Assembly (NCBI GenBank): GCA_031414535.1
Contig: JANNVQ010000054.1
Location: 118,840-182,839 of the forward strand
Length of the DNA: 64,000 nucleotides
Reading direction: 5' to 3'
DNA from: Gemmatimonas sp.
GTDB taxonomy: Bacteria > Gemmatimonadota > Gemmatimonadetes > Gemmatimonadales > Gemmatimonadaceae
The position numbers were made by a program, and so were the translations under genes. Position 1 is the stretch's first letter. Each line of letters opens with the position of its first letter. This document shows positions 1-8,895 of the stretch, one piece after another. The notes below the pieces were generated by a model that saw nothing but the letters and a program-made list of their open reading frames with translations, was not told the origin of the DNA and made no database searches.

Positions 1-1434
1 CCCCTCGTGATCCTTCATCATGCCGTACACCATCGTTAGGCCGAGTCCGGCACCCGCTACCGCCCCTTTGGTGGTGAAGAACGGTTCAAACATCCGCTCG
101 GCGGTTGCCTCGTCCATGCCGACGCCGGTATCGCTCACGGAGACGCAGATGTAGTTGCCGGGCTTCAGCCAAGGATGCGACGCGCGATAGCGCGCGTCGA
201 GCGCGCTCGCGCGGCACGCGATGTCTATAGTGCCACCATCGGGCATGGCGTCGCGGGCATTGGTGCACAGGTTGGCAAGAATCTGCTCAAAGGCACCCAC
301 GTCGATGAGGGCGGCTTCATCGCCCTCAATTGCCGTGGCCTCCAGCCTGATGTTGTCAGGCAGTATTCCTGCGATGATGTGCATGAATCCACTGACGGCC
401 GCGTGTACATCAACGCGTTCCCGACGCAACAGCCCGCGGCGACTGAAGCTCACGAGCTGACCAATCATGGTCGCGCCGCGCTGCGTGGCCCAGCGGATTT
501 CCTTGAACTCCTGCTTGTCTGAGACGTGCAGCGCGTCTTCTGCGGCCAGCAACTCGGCATTCGTACGAATCGTGCTCAGTACGCTGCTAAACTCCTGCAC
601 AATGCCGGCGGTGACGAGTCCCAAGGCCTCCATCTTCTGGACCTGTCGGCGTTGCTCCTCCAGAGTGACGCGCGCTGTGAGGTCGCGCAGCACACCGCTG
701 GCATCCAACGCGTAGCCCTGCTCCGGTGGATCGTCACCAGTGTTGCGGACGGCCGCGGTGGGAATGGCGTTCGCCTGGTTTCTCTTGCGAATCACTGCCC
801 CCAGCCCGAGGGCCAACAGCAGCAGACCGCTTCCTGCAGATACAACTAGAGCGCGTGACCCAACGAGCGACACCGATTCCACCTGCGCCCTATCTCGAGA
901 TAGCACGGACTGTTCGTCCATCACAATCGTCTTGATCGCGGCACGCAGCGAGTCGGTAAGCTCCCGCCCCCGGAAACCCGCGATGAGCGTTGCCGCATCG
1001 CCGGCCCGCAGCGCTTGGCGGAGGGCAACCGTTCTCGACATATGCGCGCGCTGCGATGCCAGCGCCTCGCGAACATCCGCCAGCATGGGTGCTCGCTCCA
1101 GGTCACGGGCGTACAGCACCTCAAGCTTCGCCATCTCCTCGGCTTCAATTTCCAAGGCCCTTTCGTAGGGGGCGAGGAATCCAGCGTCTCCCGTGATGAC
1201 GTAGCCGTGCGAACAGGACTCGGCGTCAGTCGCCGCCACAAGCAGGGCGGTCAATTGGACGATACGCGAGGCGGCAGCTGTTCTCGAACCGTCGTCGCCA
1301 GCCAGCGCGCGGGGGGCGTTGGCGGCGGCGCGCGTGGCAGCCGCCAGGAGCAACACGCCTACGACAAAGGCAGCCACCACAGGCCATTTGCTGTGGGATT
1401 CAGCCGAGTCCTCGGACGTCTCTAGGTGTTGCAA
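1..1434 (-). CDS. CHASE3-domain sensor histidine kinase-like protein (3' end truncated by window edge; H-box His replaced by Gln)
   Basis: Manual translation (absent from the ORF track because there is no stop in the window). TTG start after AAGGAG; TM, CHASE3 motif DAESCSHGYVITGDAGFLAPY, TM, QKMEALGLVTAGIVQEF, N-box QILANLCTNARDAM, VSDTGVGM, FEPFFTTK, GAGLGL. Confidence 0.85.
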   Translation of the reverse strand, partial: MQHLETSEDSAESHSKWPVVAAFVVGVLLLAAATRAAANAPRALAGDDGSRTAAASRIVQLTALLVAATDAESCSHGYVITGDAGFLAPYERALEIEAEEMAKLEVLYARDLERAPMLADVREALASQRAHMSRTVALRQALRAGDAATLIAGFRGRELTDSLRAAIKTIVMDEQSVLSRDRAQVESVSLVGSRALVVSAGSGLLLLALGLGAVIRKRNQANAIPTAAVRNTGDDPPEQGYALDASGVLRDLTARVTLEEQRRQVQKMEALGLVTAGIVQEFSSVLSTIRTNAELLAAEDALHVSDKQEFKEIRWATQRGATMIGQLVSFSRRGLLRRERVDVHAAVSGFMHIIAGILPDNIRLEATAIEGDEAALIDVGAFEQILANLCTNARDAMPDGGTIDIACRASALDARYRASHPWLKPGNYICVSVSDTGVGMDEATAERMFEPFFTTKGAVAGAGLGLTMVYGMMKDHEG

Positions 1435-1584
1435 ACGATCTCCTTCGCGTTGAAACGGGAGGCGAGCATTTATACAGGAAATACTCGCTGCCCTGCGCAG
1501 GCGCACAATCACCCGAAGCCTCGCACAATTGGGCTAGCCCACTCCTCATCCTTCGCTCCGTTACAAACAGGTGGGAGACACCTA

Positions 1585-1658
1585 GACGGCAGCGGAGACG
1601 GAAGAAGGGGCGGCAGACTTTGGTCTGCCGCCCCTTCTTCCGTCATCCGTCTTCCGTC
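1585..1658. repeat. Palindromic GACGGAT-type intergenic element, copy 1, enclosing a terminator-like hairpin
   Basis: Degenerate GACGG units on the left and CCGTCATCCGTCTTCCGTC on the right. Confidence 0.7.
1597..1644 (-). terminator. Perfect 22-bp stem-loop downstream of ahcY
   Basis: GACGGAAGAAGGGGCGGCAGAC-TTTG-GTCTGCCGCCCCTTCTTCCGTC, about 20 nt past the ahcY stop. Confidence 0.7.
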
Positions 1659-1665
1659 CAGCGTG

Positions 1666-3183
1666 CTAGTAGCGATAGTGATCCGGCTTGTACGGACCAT
1701 CCACCGGCACGCCGATGTACCCAGCCTGCTTTTCGCTGAGCTTGGTGAGCTTCACGCCAAGCTTATCGATGTGCAGACGCGCGACCTTCTCGTCGAGCTT
1801 CTTTGGCAGCACGTACACCTTGTTCGCGTCGTAGGACGTGCCCGACACGGTCGGCTTGCCCTGCGCGGCGAGGTGCAGGTCAATCTGCGCCACCACCTGA
1901 TTGGTGAACGAGCAGCTCATCACGAACGACGGGTGGCCGGTGGCGCAACCGAGGTTCAACAGGCGGCCTTCGGCGAGGATCAACACCGAGTGCCCGTCCG
2001 GGAAAATCCACTCATCGAACTGCGGCTTGATGTTGTTGCGCTTGATGCCCTTCAGGTTCTTCAGGCCAGCCATGTCGATTTCGTTATCGAAGTGGCCGAT
2101 GTTTCCGACGATTGCCTTGTCCTTCATCTTGGCCATGTGCTCGACCGTGATGATGTCGGCGTTGCCGGTGGCGGTGATAAAGACGTCAGCGGTGCTGACG
2201 ACATCGTCCAGCGTGGTGACCTGGTAGCCTTCCATCGCGGCCTGCAGCGCGCAGATGGGGTCCACTTCGGTGACGACGACGCGCGCGCCCTGCGCACGCA
2301 GCGACTGCGCCGAGCCCTTGCCCACATCGCCGTAGCCCATGACGACGGCAACCTTGCCGGCGAGCATGACGTCGGACGCGCGGAGGATGCCGTCGGTGAG
2401 CGAGTGACGGCAGCCGTAGAGGTTGTCGAACTTGGACTTGGTCACGGCGTCGTTCACGTTGATCGCCGGGAAGAGCAGCGAACCAGCCTGCATCATCTCG
2501 TAGAGGCGGTGCACACCGGTGGTCGTCTCCTCAGAAACGCCCTTGATGGCCTTCCCCACATTGGTCCAACGCTTCGGATCCTGCTTGAGGGTCGTGCGGA
2601 GCAGCTCAAGGATGACGCCCCACTCTTCGGGCTCGTTGGCCGCGTCAAACGCTGGAACAACACCAGTGGCCTCGTACTCGGTGCCCTTGTGCACGAGCAT
2701 CGTGGCGTCGCCGCCGTCATCAAGAATGAGGTTCGGGCCGGCGCCATCGGGCCACATCAGCGCCTGCTCGGTGCACCACCAGTATTCCTCGAGCGTCTCG
2801 CCCTTCCAGGCGAAGACGGGCGTGCCACGCGGCTGCTCAATGCTGCCATCCTTTCCCACGACAACGGCAGAGGCGGCGTGATCCTGCGTCGAGAAGATGT
2901 TGCAGGAGACCCAGCGCACGTCGGCGCCGAGGTCCGTGAGCGTCTCGATGAGGACCGCGGTCTGGATGGTCATGTGGAGCGAGCCCATGATGCGGGCGCC
3001 GGCAAGCGGCTTCTTGCCCTTGTACTCCTCGCGCAGAGCCATGAGGCCCGGCATCTCGTACTCGGCGAGGCGGATTTCCTGACGGCCCCAATCGGCGAGG
3101 GTGATGTCGGCGACCTTGTAGCCAGGACGGCCGTTCTTTTCGGATGCGGCGAACGCGTGAACCTGTGGAGCGATGGCGGTCAT
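1666..3183 (-). CDS. ahcY: Adenosylhomocysteinase
   Basis: [77 protein letters not shown]-terminal YRY. Confidence 0.98.
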   Translation of the reverse strand: MTAIAPQVHAFAASEKNGRPGYKVADITLADWGRQEIRLAEYEMPGLMALREEYKGKKPLAGARIMGSLHMTIQTAVLIETLTDLGADVRWVSCNIFSTQDHAASAVVVGKDGSIEQPRGTPVFAWKGETLEEYWWCTEQALMWPDGAGPNLILDDGGDATMLVHKGTEYEATGVVPAFDAANEPEEWGVILELLRTTLKQDPKRWTNVGKAIKGVSEETTTGVHRLYEMMQAGSLLFPAINVNDAVTKSKFDNLYGCRHSLTDGILRASDVMLAGKVAVVMGYGDVGKGSAQSLRAQGARVVVTEVDPICALQAAMEGYQVTTLDDVVSTADVFITATGNADIITVEHMAKMKDKAIVGNIGHFDNEIDMAGLKNLKGIKRNNIKPQFDEWIFPDGHSVLILAEGRLLNLGCATGHPSFVMSCSFTNQVVAQIDLHLAAQGKPTVSGTSYDANKVYVLPKKLDEKVARLHIDKLGVKLTKLSEKQAGYIGVPVDGPYKPDHYRY

Positions 3184-3214
3184 TGTTTGAACCTCGGACT
3201 GTGTTGTGAAAATT

Positions 3215-3284
3215 GGACGGAAGACGGATGACGGATGATTGGGGAGACGGCGACCATCAAGCTTCCGTCTTCCGTCATCCGTCC
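3215..3284. repeat. Palindromic GACGGAT-type intergenic element, copy 2
   Basis: GGACGGAAGACGGATGACGGA...TCCGTCTTCCGTCATCCGTCC between the regulator and ahcY. Confidence 0.85.
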
Positions 3285-3286
3285 TG

Positions 3287-4225
3287 TTACAAACTGAGAA
3301 CTGCGCTGAACAACGTGGGGCCCTTCGAGGTGGAGCTGGGTGGAAGCGCGTGGATGCGCGTGTGTGCGAACCCGGCCTCCTTCCCCCATTCCTTAATCTG
3401 TTCCGCATCGAAGCCCAACCAGACATGGCCCATCGTCTGACGATATTCGGCGCGGTCGTGCGGGAGCATGTCTACGAGCAGCAACTTGCCGCCCTTTGTG
3501 TTCAGCGTGCGGCGGATGCCGATGAGTACCGCCACCGGATCCGCCACGTAGTGCAACACCAGCGAGAGAATGGCGACGTCGAGCGTGTTGGCATCGATGG
3601 GAAGTTCCTCAATGCTTCCGGCGCGCAACTCGACGTTATCGAGAGAAGCGAGCCTTGCCTTTGCCGCCTTCAACATCGCCGACGATTCATCCACAGCGAT
3701 CACCTGCTGTACGAACGGCGCCATCACTTCGGCGAGCTGACCGGTGCCACAACCGAGGTCACCAATGACCTGCGATTCATTGAGCAAACCGACGAGAGCG
3801 AATAACTCCGTTCGCGTACCAAACAGTTCCGCACGGACTTTGTCCCACTGCGCCGCCGAACTCGCAAAGAACTGTTGCGAACGCGTATGACGATCCGCCA
3901 GTACTCCCTTCACGCGTTGCGCGTCGCGGGCGGCGGCCGTGAGGGCCTCCGCTTCGTCACGCACCGCTGCCCACAACTTCCGCGTGCCGGCGTCTAGGGC
4001 TTTCGCATCCACGCGGTAGCGATTGCTCGTCCCGTCCTCTCGCGCCTGCAACCAGCCCGCGTCGGTCAGCACCTTTAAGTGTCGACTCACCGTGGACTGC
4101 GGCAACTGCAACACCGTGCGCAGTTCCGACACCGTTAGCTCGTGGCGCTCCAGCAGTAGGAGGAGCCGCGAGCGAATCGGGTCGGCCAAGGCCGACAACC
4201 GGTCGAAGAGGGGGGAACGCTTCAT
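3287..4225 (-). CDS. sahR: ArsR-family HTH fused to a class I SAM-binding domain; SahR/SamR-type SAM-cycle regulator
   Basis: [22 protein letters not shown] (ArsR); DLGCGTG (SAM motif I); directly upstream of ahcY. Confidence 0.8.
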   Translation of the reverse strand: MKRSPLFDRLSALADPIRSRLLLLLERHELTVSELRTVLQLPQSTVSRHLKVLTDAGWLQAREDGTSNRYRVDAKALDAGTRKLWAAVRDEAEALTAAARDAQRVKGVLADRHTRSQQFFASSAAQWDKVRAELFGTRTELFALVGLLNESQVIGDLGCGTGQLAEVMAPFVQQVIAVDESSAMLKAAKARLASLDNVELRAGSIEELPIDANTLDVAILSLVLHYVADPVAVLIGIRRTLNTKGGKLLLVDMLPHDRAEYRQTMGHVWLGFDAEQIKEWGKEAGFAHTRIHALPPSSTSKGPTLFSAVLSL

Positions 4226-4242
4226 CCGTATATCCGGATGAA
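4221..4242. promoter_or_regulatory. Candidate SahR operator overlapping its own start codon
   Basis: TTCATCCG-TATATC-CGGATGAA, perfect 8-6-8 inverted repeat. Confidence 0.6.
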
Positions 4243-4245
4243 AGG

Positions 4246-4887
4246 TTACAACGCGGCGGCCATCCGCGCAAGTCGAACGGGGTCCAAGTGGCCACCCCGG
4301 CGCACCCCCGAGCACACGTCCACACCGTGCGGGCGCACCGTGGCCACGGCCTCGGCGACGTTTTCGGCGTGGAGGCCGCCGGCCAGCCACACGGGGACGG
4401 CGGCGGCGCGCACGATGCGGGCGCTCAGGCTCCAGTCGTGCACGCGACCCGTGCCACCCAACTCCTTGACGGCCGCGTTGGGATTGCCAGAGTCGAGCAG
4501 GAGTTCATCTACGTACGGCGCGAGCGCGATGGCCTCGGCGACGTCAGCCGCACCGCGCACGTGAATCACTTGCACGATGTGCACGTCCGGCGCGAGGCGC
4601 CGCAACTCGGCGTGTGCCCCTGCTGCGAGGGCGTCTACGAGTTGCACAGTCTCCGGCTGCAACACACGCAGTTGCGCAGCGATGGCGGCTGGCTCGGTGC
4701 GTGACGTGAGCAGGAACGTTCGCGCGCGGCCTCTCGCCCACTGCGTGACATCGCGAATGACATCGTCATTCACGACGCCAGGGCCACTCGGCATATCCGA
4801 GACCAAGCCGAGCGCAGTGGCTCCGTGATGGAGCGCGAGTTCGGCCTCCGCAATGCTGGCAATGCAACAGATCTTCAGCTGGGTCAT
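4246..4887 (-). CDS. trpF: Phosphoribosylanthranilate isomerase-like protein (stand-alone)
   Basis: LKICCI, LLLDS, GGTGRVHDW, WLAGGL, GVDVCSGV. Confidence 0.8.
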   Translation of the reverse strand: MTQLKICCIASIAEAELALHHGATALGLVSDMPSGPGVVNDDVIRDVTQWARGRARTFLLTSRTEPAAIAAQLRVLQPETVQLVDALAAGAHAELRRLAPDVHIVQVIHVRGAADVAEAIALAPYVDELLLDSGNPNAAVKELGGTGRVHDWSLSARIVRAAAVPVWLAGGLHAENVAEAVATVRPHGVDVCSGVRRGGHLDPVRLARMAAAL

Positions 4888-4898
4888 ACCGGGCGGAC

Positions 4899-5522
4899 TC
4901 AGGCTCGACGCTCAAGCGCCGCGGTGTTCTCGCGCAGCGCGTCGCCAACCCAACAGTGCATCCCCACCCCGACCAAGCCAGCCTTACCGAATACCTTGCC
5001 ATAGGCCGCCGCCGAGCGCTCGTGCCACGCAGCACGATCGCCTTCGATGGAATCGTCGGTGGTGTACGCCTCGAGGTACGCCACCCCGCCAAGCAACTCC
5101 GCAATGGCACGAAGCCCAGGCATGAGTTCCGCGTCTGGCACGTACTGCAGCACGTCGCAGACCACGATGACATCGTAGGGCCCATCGAGGGCAACATCGG
5201 CAAGTGTACCGAAGCTGCCGGAGCGAATGTCGCGGGTGCGGCCAAAGCGCCCAATCACGTACTCGCTGGAATCAACGCCCGTGTAGCGGAGATTCGGCCG
5301 CTCTCGGCGTAGATGCTCGCGCCAGGACCCTTCGCCGCATCCAATATCGAGCACGCTGCGCACGGGCCGCTCCAGCAGCACCTCCGCGACGCTGAGCACG
5401 AGCCGAACCTTGCGTGCAACAGCCGCCGGAGTGATGACGCGGCGATCAGGGTCGTGGTACCACTGTTCATAGTACGCCGCGTCGTACCGCTTGCTCACCT
5501 GCTTGCTCACCTGCTTGCTCAC
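4899..5522 (-). CDS. Class I SAM-dependent methyltransferase
   Basis: VLDIGCGEG motif; start ambiguous among three GTGs in a tandem repeat. Confidence 0.85.
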   Translation of the reverse strand: MSKQVSKQVSKRYDAAYYEQWYHDPDRRVITPAAVARKVRLVLSVAEVLLERPVRSVLDIGCGEGSWREHLRRERPNLRYTGVDSSEYVIGRFGRTRDIRSGSFGTLADVALDGPYDVIVVCDVLQYVPDAELMPGLRAIAELLGGVAYLEAYTTDDSIEGDRAAWHERSAAAYGKVFGKAGLVGVGMHCWVGDALRENTAALERRA

Positions 5523-5523
5523 C
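5489..5523. repeat. 12-bp tandem repeat, about 3 copies
   Basis: (GCTTGCTCACCT)x2 + GCTTGCTCACC, encoding VSKQ VSKQ VSKR. Confidence 0.9.
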
Positions 5524-6253
5524 GCGCTTCTCCTAGCGCCGCACGGATCTCGGCCACATCGGCCACGGCCTTGGCATCTCGCGACATCAAGGCCAGCCCC
5601 ACCATCCCCTCCGCGAGTTGTGAGCCGCTGAGTGTCGCGTATCGATCACGCAGCTTGCCGCCGCCAACTGCGGCGACGCCGGCGAGTAGGGCGGCCATGG
5701 CGCTCGCGAGGAATCGCTCGACGGGCCGGTCCTCAGGGCGGTCGTCGCCCGTGATAAAGGCGGGGCGCACGATTAGATACGGCAGCCCGCTTGCGAGTAG
5801 TTCACGCTCGAGGCGCCCACGCGCGGCGAGATACGGCGTGGGCGAAGGATCCTTGGCACCGATGGCGGAGAGATACACGAAACGCGGCGAGTGCCCAGCG
5901 GCCATCGCGGCGTCCAACACCTGCTTGGTAAGTCCGTAGTCCACGCGCTCGTACGGCTTCTCAATGCCCTCTTGGGCGGCGCGGCGACGCGTCGTCCCGA
6001 GGCAGGAGAAAATCACCGTGGGTTTGTGCGCGGCAACCATTGCAGCAATCGCGGCCGGCTCCCAGGGCGACTCGTCCACCGTGGCGCCGAGTATACTGAA
6101 TCGTTCGCGCCACGCGGCGGCGTCTGACGACCCGGGACGCAGGTGCGCGACCGTGCTTACGTTACGCGAGCGCAAGGCTGCGACGAGGGCGCTGCCCGTG
6201 TATCCTGTGGCCCCCACGACAAGGGCCTTGGCGGTTGAGAAGCTGGTAGCCAT
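5519..6253 (-). CDS. NAD(P)-binding atypical SDR/epimerase-family protein
   Basis: VVGATGYTG, SCLGTT, YERVDY, YLSAIGA, YxxxR. Confidence 0.85.
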   Translation of the reverse strand: MATSFSTAKALVVGATGYTGSALVAALRSRNVSTVAHLRPGSSDAAAWRERFSILGATVDESPWEPAAIAAMVAAHKPTVIFSCLGTTRRRAAQEGIEKPYERVDYGLTKQVLDAAMAAGHSPRFVYLSAIGAKDPSPTPYLAARGRLERELLASGLPYLIVRPAFITGDDRPEDRPVERFLASAMAALLAGVAAVGGGKLRDRYATLSGSQLAEGMVGLALMSRDAKAVADVAEIRAALGEAR

Positions 6254-6293
6254 CGCGCGGAAACTAGCGCCAAGTTCGTATCATTGTATCCCT

Positions 6294-7550
6294 ATGGCGA
6301 CGACTGAGGTAGTAATCATCGGGGGCGGGCTCTCCGGGCTCGCGGCTGCACAGACGCTTTCCGCAGCGGGCCTCACTCCCCTGCTGCTCGAGGCGCAGTC
6401 CGAGGTGGGCGGACGCGTGGCGACGGATTCAGTAGATGGATTCCTGCTCGACCGCGGCTTTCAGGTCTTCCTAGACTCCTATCCCGAAGCGCGCCAGCAA
6501 CTCGATCTGCCCGCGCTCCAACTGCGGCGCTTCGCCCCTGGCGCGCAGATTTGGCGCGGTGACGGGTTTGGCCGCGTCGCGGACCCGTGGCGCGATCCGG
6601 TGGCCGGCGTCGGCTCGCTCTTCTCCGGTGTGTTCACGCTGGGGGATGCCTTCCGTATGCTCAAACTGCGCTCCGACAGCGTCCTCGCGCTCGAAGGTGA
6701 TGCCATCGCTCACGGTGAGGAGACGGCCGCGCGTGCTCTGCACCGCCGTGGATTCTCCGACCGCGCGATCGAAGGATTCTTCCGGCCATTCTTCGGCGGC
6801 GTCTTCTTGGATGGCCAACTCACCGCCCCGTTGCATTGGTTCAACTTCCTCTTTGGGATGTTCGCCACCGGGAGCGCGACCCTGCCCGCGGGCGGCATGC
6901 AGGCGATTCCTCGCCAACTGGCCGCCGCGCTCCCGCCGGGTTCGCTGCGACTGAACGCGCGGGTGCGTGCGCTCAATGGGCGCCGCGTGGAGCTCGCAGA
7001 CGGCGAGGTAGTCGAGGCCAGGGCGGTTGTTCTCGCAACAGACGCAAGGCAAGCGTCGGTTTTGGTGCCCGGTTCACGCGCAACGTCGTGGGCGGCCTGT
7101 GCGACGCTCTACTACGCGGCGCCCGAGTCGCCGGTGGGAGCACCGCTGCTGGTGCTCAACGGCGCCGGACGCGGAGGACCTGTGAATCACGTGTGCGTCC
7201 CCAGCGATGTGCAAGCGAGTTACGCTCCGCCTGAGCAGGCGCTTATCTCAGCCACTGTTCTCGAGAACGCCAACGCCGACGACGGGGCGCTCGACCACGA
7301 AGCGCGGCTGCAACTGGCGCAGTGGTTTGGCGAGAAGCGGGTGCAGCACTGGCGCTTGCTGCGCGTGGCTCGCGTGCCGTTCTCGCTCCCCCGCAACCTG
7401 CCGCGGCCTGACGCGATTGCCGAGGCGGTGCGCATCTCGGACGGATTATACGCCTGTGGCGACTACCTCGAGACGCCGTCCATCAACGGTGCACTCCGCA
7501 GCGGACGTCGCGCGGCGGAGGCACTATTGGCGGATCTCAGCCGGCGCTGA
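6294..7550 (+). CDS. FAD-dependent oxidoreductase (flavin amine oxidase family)
   Basis: IIGGGLSGL, VGGRVAT, LDRGFQV, CGDY..PSINGALRSG. Confidence 0.88.
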   Translation: MATTEVVIIGGGLSGLAAAQTLSAAGLTPLLLEAQSEVGGRVATDSVDGFLLDRGFQVFLDSYPEARQQLDLPALQLRRFAPGAQIWRGDGFGRVADPWRDPVAGVGSLFSGVFTLGDAFRMLKLRSDSVLALEGDAIAHGEETAARALHRRGFSDRAIEGFFRPFFGGVFLDGQLTAPLHWFNFLFGMFATGSATLPAGGMQAIPRQLAAALPPGSLRLNARVRALNGRRVELADGEVVEARAVVLATDARQASVLVPGSRATSWAACATLYYAAPESPVGAPLLVLNGAGRGGPVNHVCVPSDVQASYAPPEQALISATVLENANADDGALDHEARLQLAQWFGEKRVQHWRLLRVARVPFSLPRNLPRPDAIAEAVRISDGLYACGDYLETPSINGALRSGRRAAEALLADLSRR

Positions 7551-7587
7551 GCACCGGCACAGGTGCTCAGACGGCGTTGAGGACGCC

Positions 7588-8247
7588 TTAGACGGCGTTA
7601 AGCACGCCGCAGCCCAGCTGCTGCGCGTGGCAGGTGGCGAAGACGCCAGTCGGCATGCGATAGATGCCGGCAATCAGATTGGCATTCACCAGCGCCGCTG
7701 CGTCCTGACGCGGAATCTTGCGATGGTTTGCGATGCGACCGGTGAAGTTGCGCAGGGCGAGGTCGCAGGCGAGCACGATGACACCGCGGGAAATCAGGGT
7801 GTCGAGTGCCCCGTCCGCCCACGTGAGCGCGTGCGGCGCGCCCACGGGAATGTTTACAAACGGATTGCGCTTGGTGGGCTCACCGGTGACGGGATCCTTG
7901 AGCGTCGAGCCCTCGGCGAGAAATCCATCGGCCCACAGGGTGTCGTTCATCACCATCGGCACGGCGCCGTGACGAATCACGAGCACAGCAGAGACATCGC
8001 GGTCCGCGAGCCCGTACACCTCTTTGTAGCCCTGAATGAACGAGCGCGCCTGATGCAGGCACACGCCGTCCGAAATCTCATGCGCATCAAAGCACATCTT
8101 GTGGCGCCCGGTGACGCGCTCGGTCCAGGACATATCCCAGCTGCCCTGCGCGACGGGTGCAGGCGCCTGTGCCTCGAGGGAGCCCGCGGCCACCGTACCG
8201 GCGGCGAGAACAGAGGCTTTGCGGAGAAAATCGCGACGCTGCGTCAT
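7588..8247 (-). CDS. Tat-exported DsrE-like protein
   Basis: QRRDFLR twin-arginine signal; VLVIRHGA, GVIVLACDLAL, AQQLGC resemble the DsrE/F fold. Confidence 0.65.
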   Translation of the reverse strand: MTQRRDFLRKASVLAAGTVAAGSLEAQAPAPVAQGSWDMSWTERVTGRHKMCFDAHEISDGVCLHQARSFIQGYKEVYGLADRDVSAVLVIRHGAVPMVMNDTLWADGFLAEGSTLKDPVTGEPTKRNPFVNIPVGAPHALTWADGALDTLISRGVIVLACDLALRNFTGRIANHRKIPRQDAAALVNANLIAGIYRMPTGVFATCHAQQLGCGVLNAV

Positions 8248-8810
8248 TGCTCGGGGCTCTGGTCGGTGAGGGAAGTTACTTGGAGCGTACTCGCCACTCG
8301 GTCTTCGCGCCATAGGAGCAGGGCCAAGAGCGCGGCGCCACAGGTCACACCAATGTCGGCCACGTTAAAGATCCAGAAGCGCCATCCCGACGTGCCGACG
8401 TCAATAAAATCCACGACGCCGAGGGTGTGGCGGAGACGATCTACGAGATTGCCGAGCGCGCCAGCCGTGATGAGGGCGAGCGCCAAGGGCACGGCGCGCG
8501 CATCCCGCGCGGTGCCGCGGAGCAGCCTGAAGAGGTACACGACCATCAGGATGGCCACGATGCTGAAGAACGGACGCGACAGATTGCCAATCGAAAGGCT
8601 CATCGCCGCGCCGGTGTTGTACGTGAGCGTCCAGCGTAGCGCGGCACCGAGCACGTCCACGGGAACGTGCAACTCCAGCGCGCGTTCGGCCCAACGCTTG
8701 GTGATGACGTCGAGCGTCAGCACGCTGAGCATCACGGACCAGAAAATCAGGTCGCGGGAGCCGCGGACGGACTTCGCTGATGAGGGTGCGGTCAAGTCAG
8801 ATTCGGTCAT
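8244..8810 (-). CDS. lspA: Lipoprotein signal peptidase II
   Basis: LDVITK, YNTGAA, GALGNLVDR, VVDFI, FNVAD. Confidence 0.96.
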   Translation of the reverse strand: MTESDLTAPSSAKSVRGSRDLIFWSVMLSVLTLDVITKRWAERALELHVPVDVLGAALRWTLTYNTGAAMSLSIGNLSRPFFSIVAILMVVYLFRLLRGTARDARAVPLALALITAGALGNLVDRLRHTLGVVDFIDVGTSGWRFWIFNVADIGVTCGAALLALLLWREDRVASTLQVTSLTDQSPEQ

Positions 8811-8895
8811 GGCAGTCACAGAGTGCGTCAGTCGTCGTAATTTACCCCACGCTTCTCCCTCGGTGTACGCCGCACCGCGGGCGGGTGTTTCCTGA

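Noticed and set aside
1426..3231. 601-aa plus-strand ORF
   Set aside because: Antisense shadow of ahcY caused by GC-rich codon bias; no recognisable motifs.
3184..3286. SAH or SAM riboswitch upstream of ahcY
   Set aside because: The space is filled by the GACGGAT palindrome and I see no riboswitch core motif; an Rfam scan would settle it.
4246..4887. trpF outside a trp operon as a novelty
   Set aside because: Stand-alone PRAI-like genes are widespread.
7207..8895. 562-aa plus-strand ORF
   Set aside because: Overlaps the oxidoreductase and lies antisense to lspA and the Tat protein; shadow ORF.
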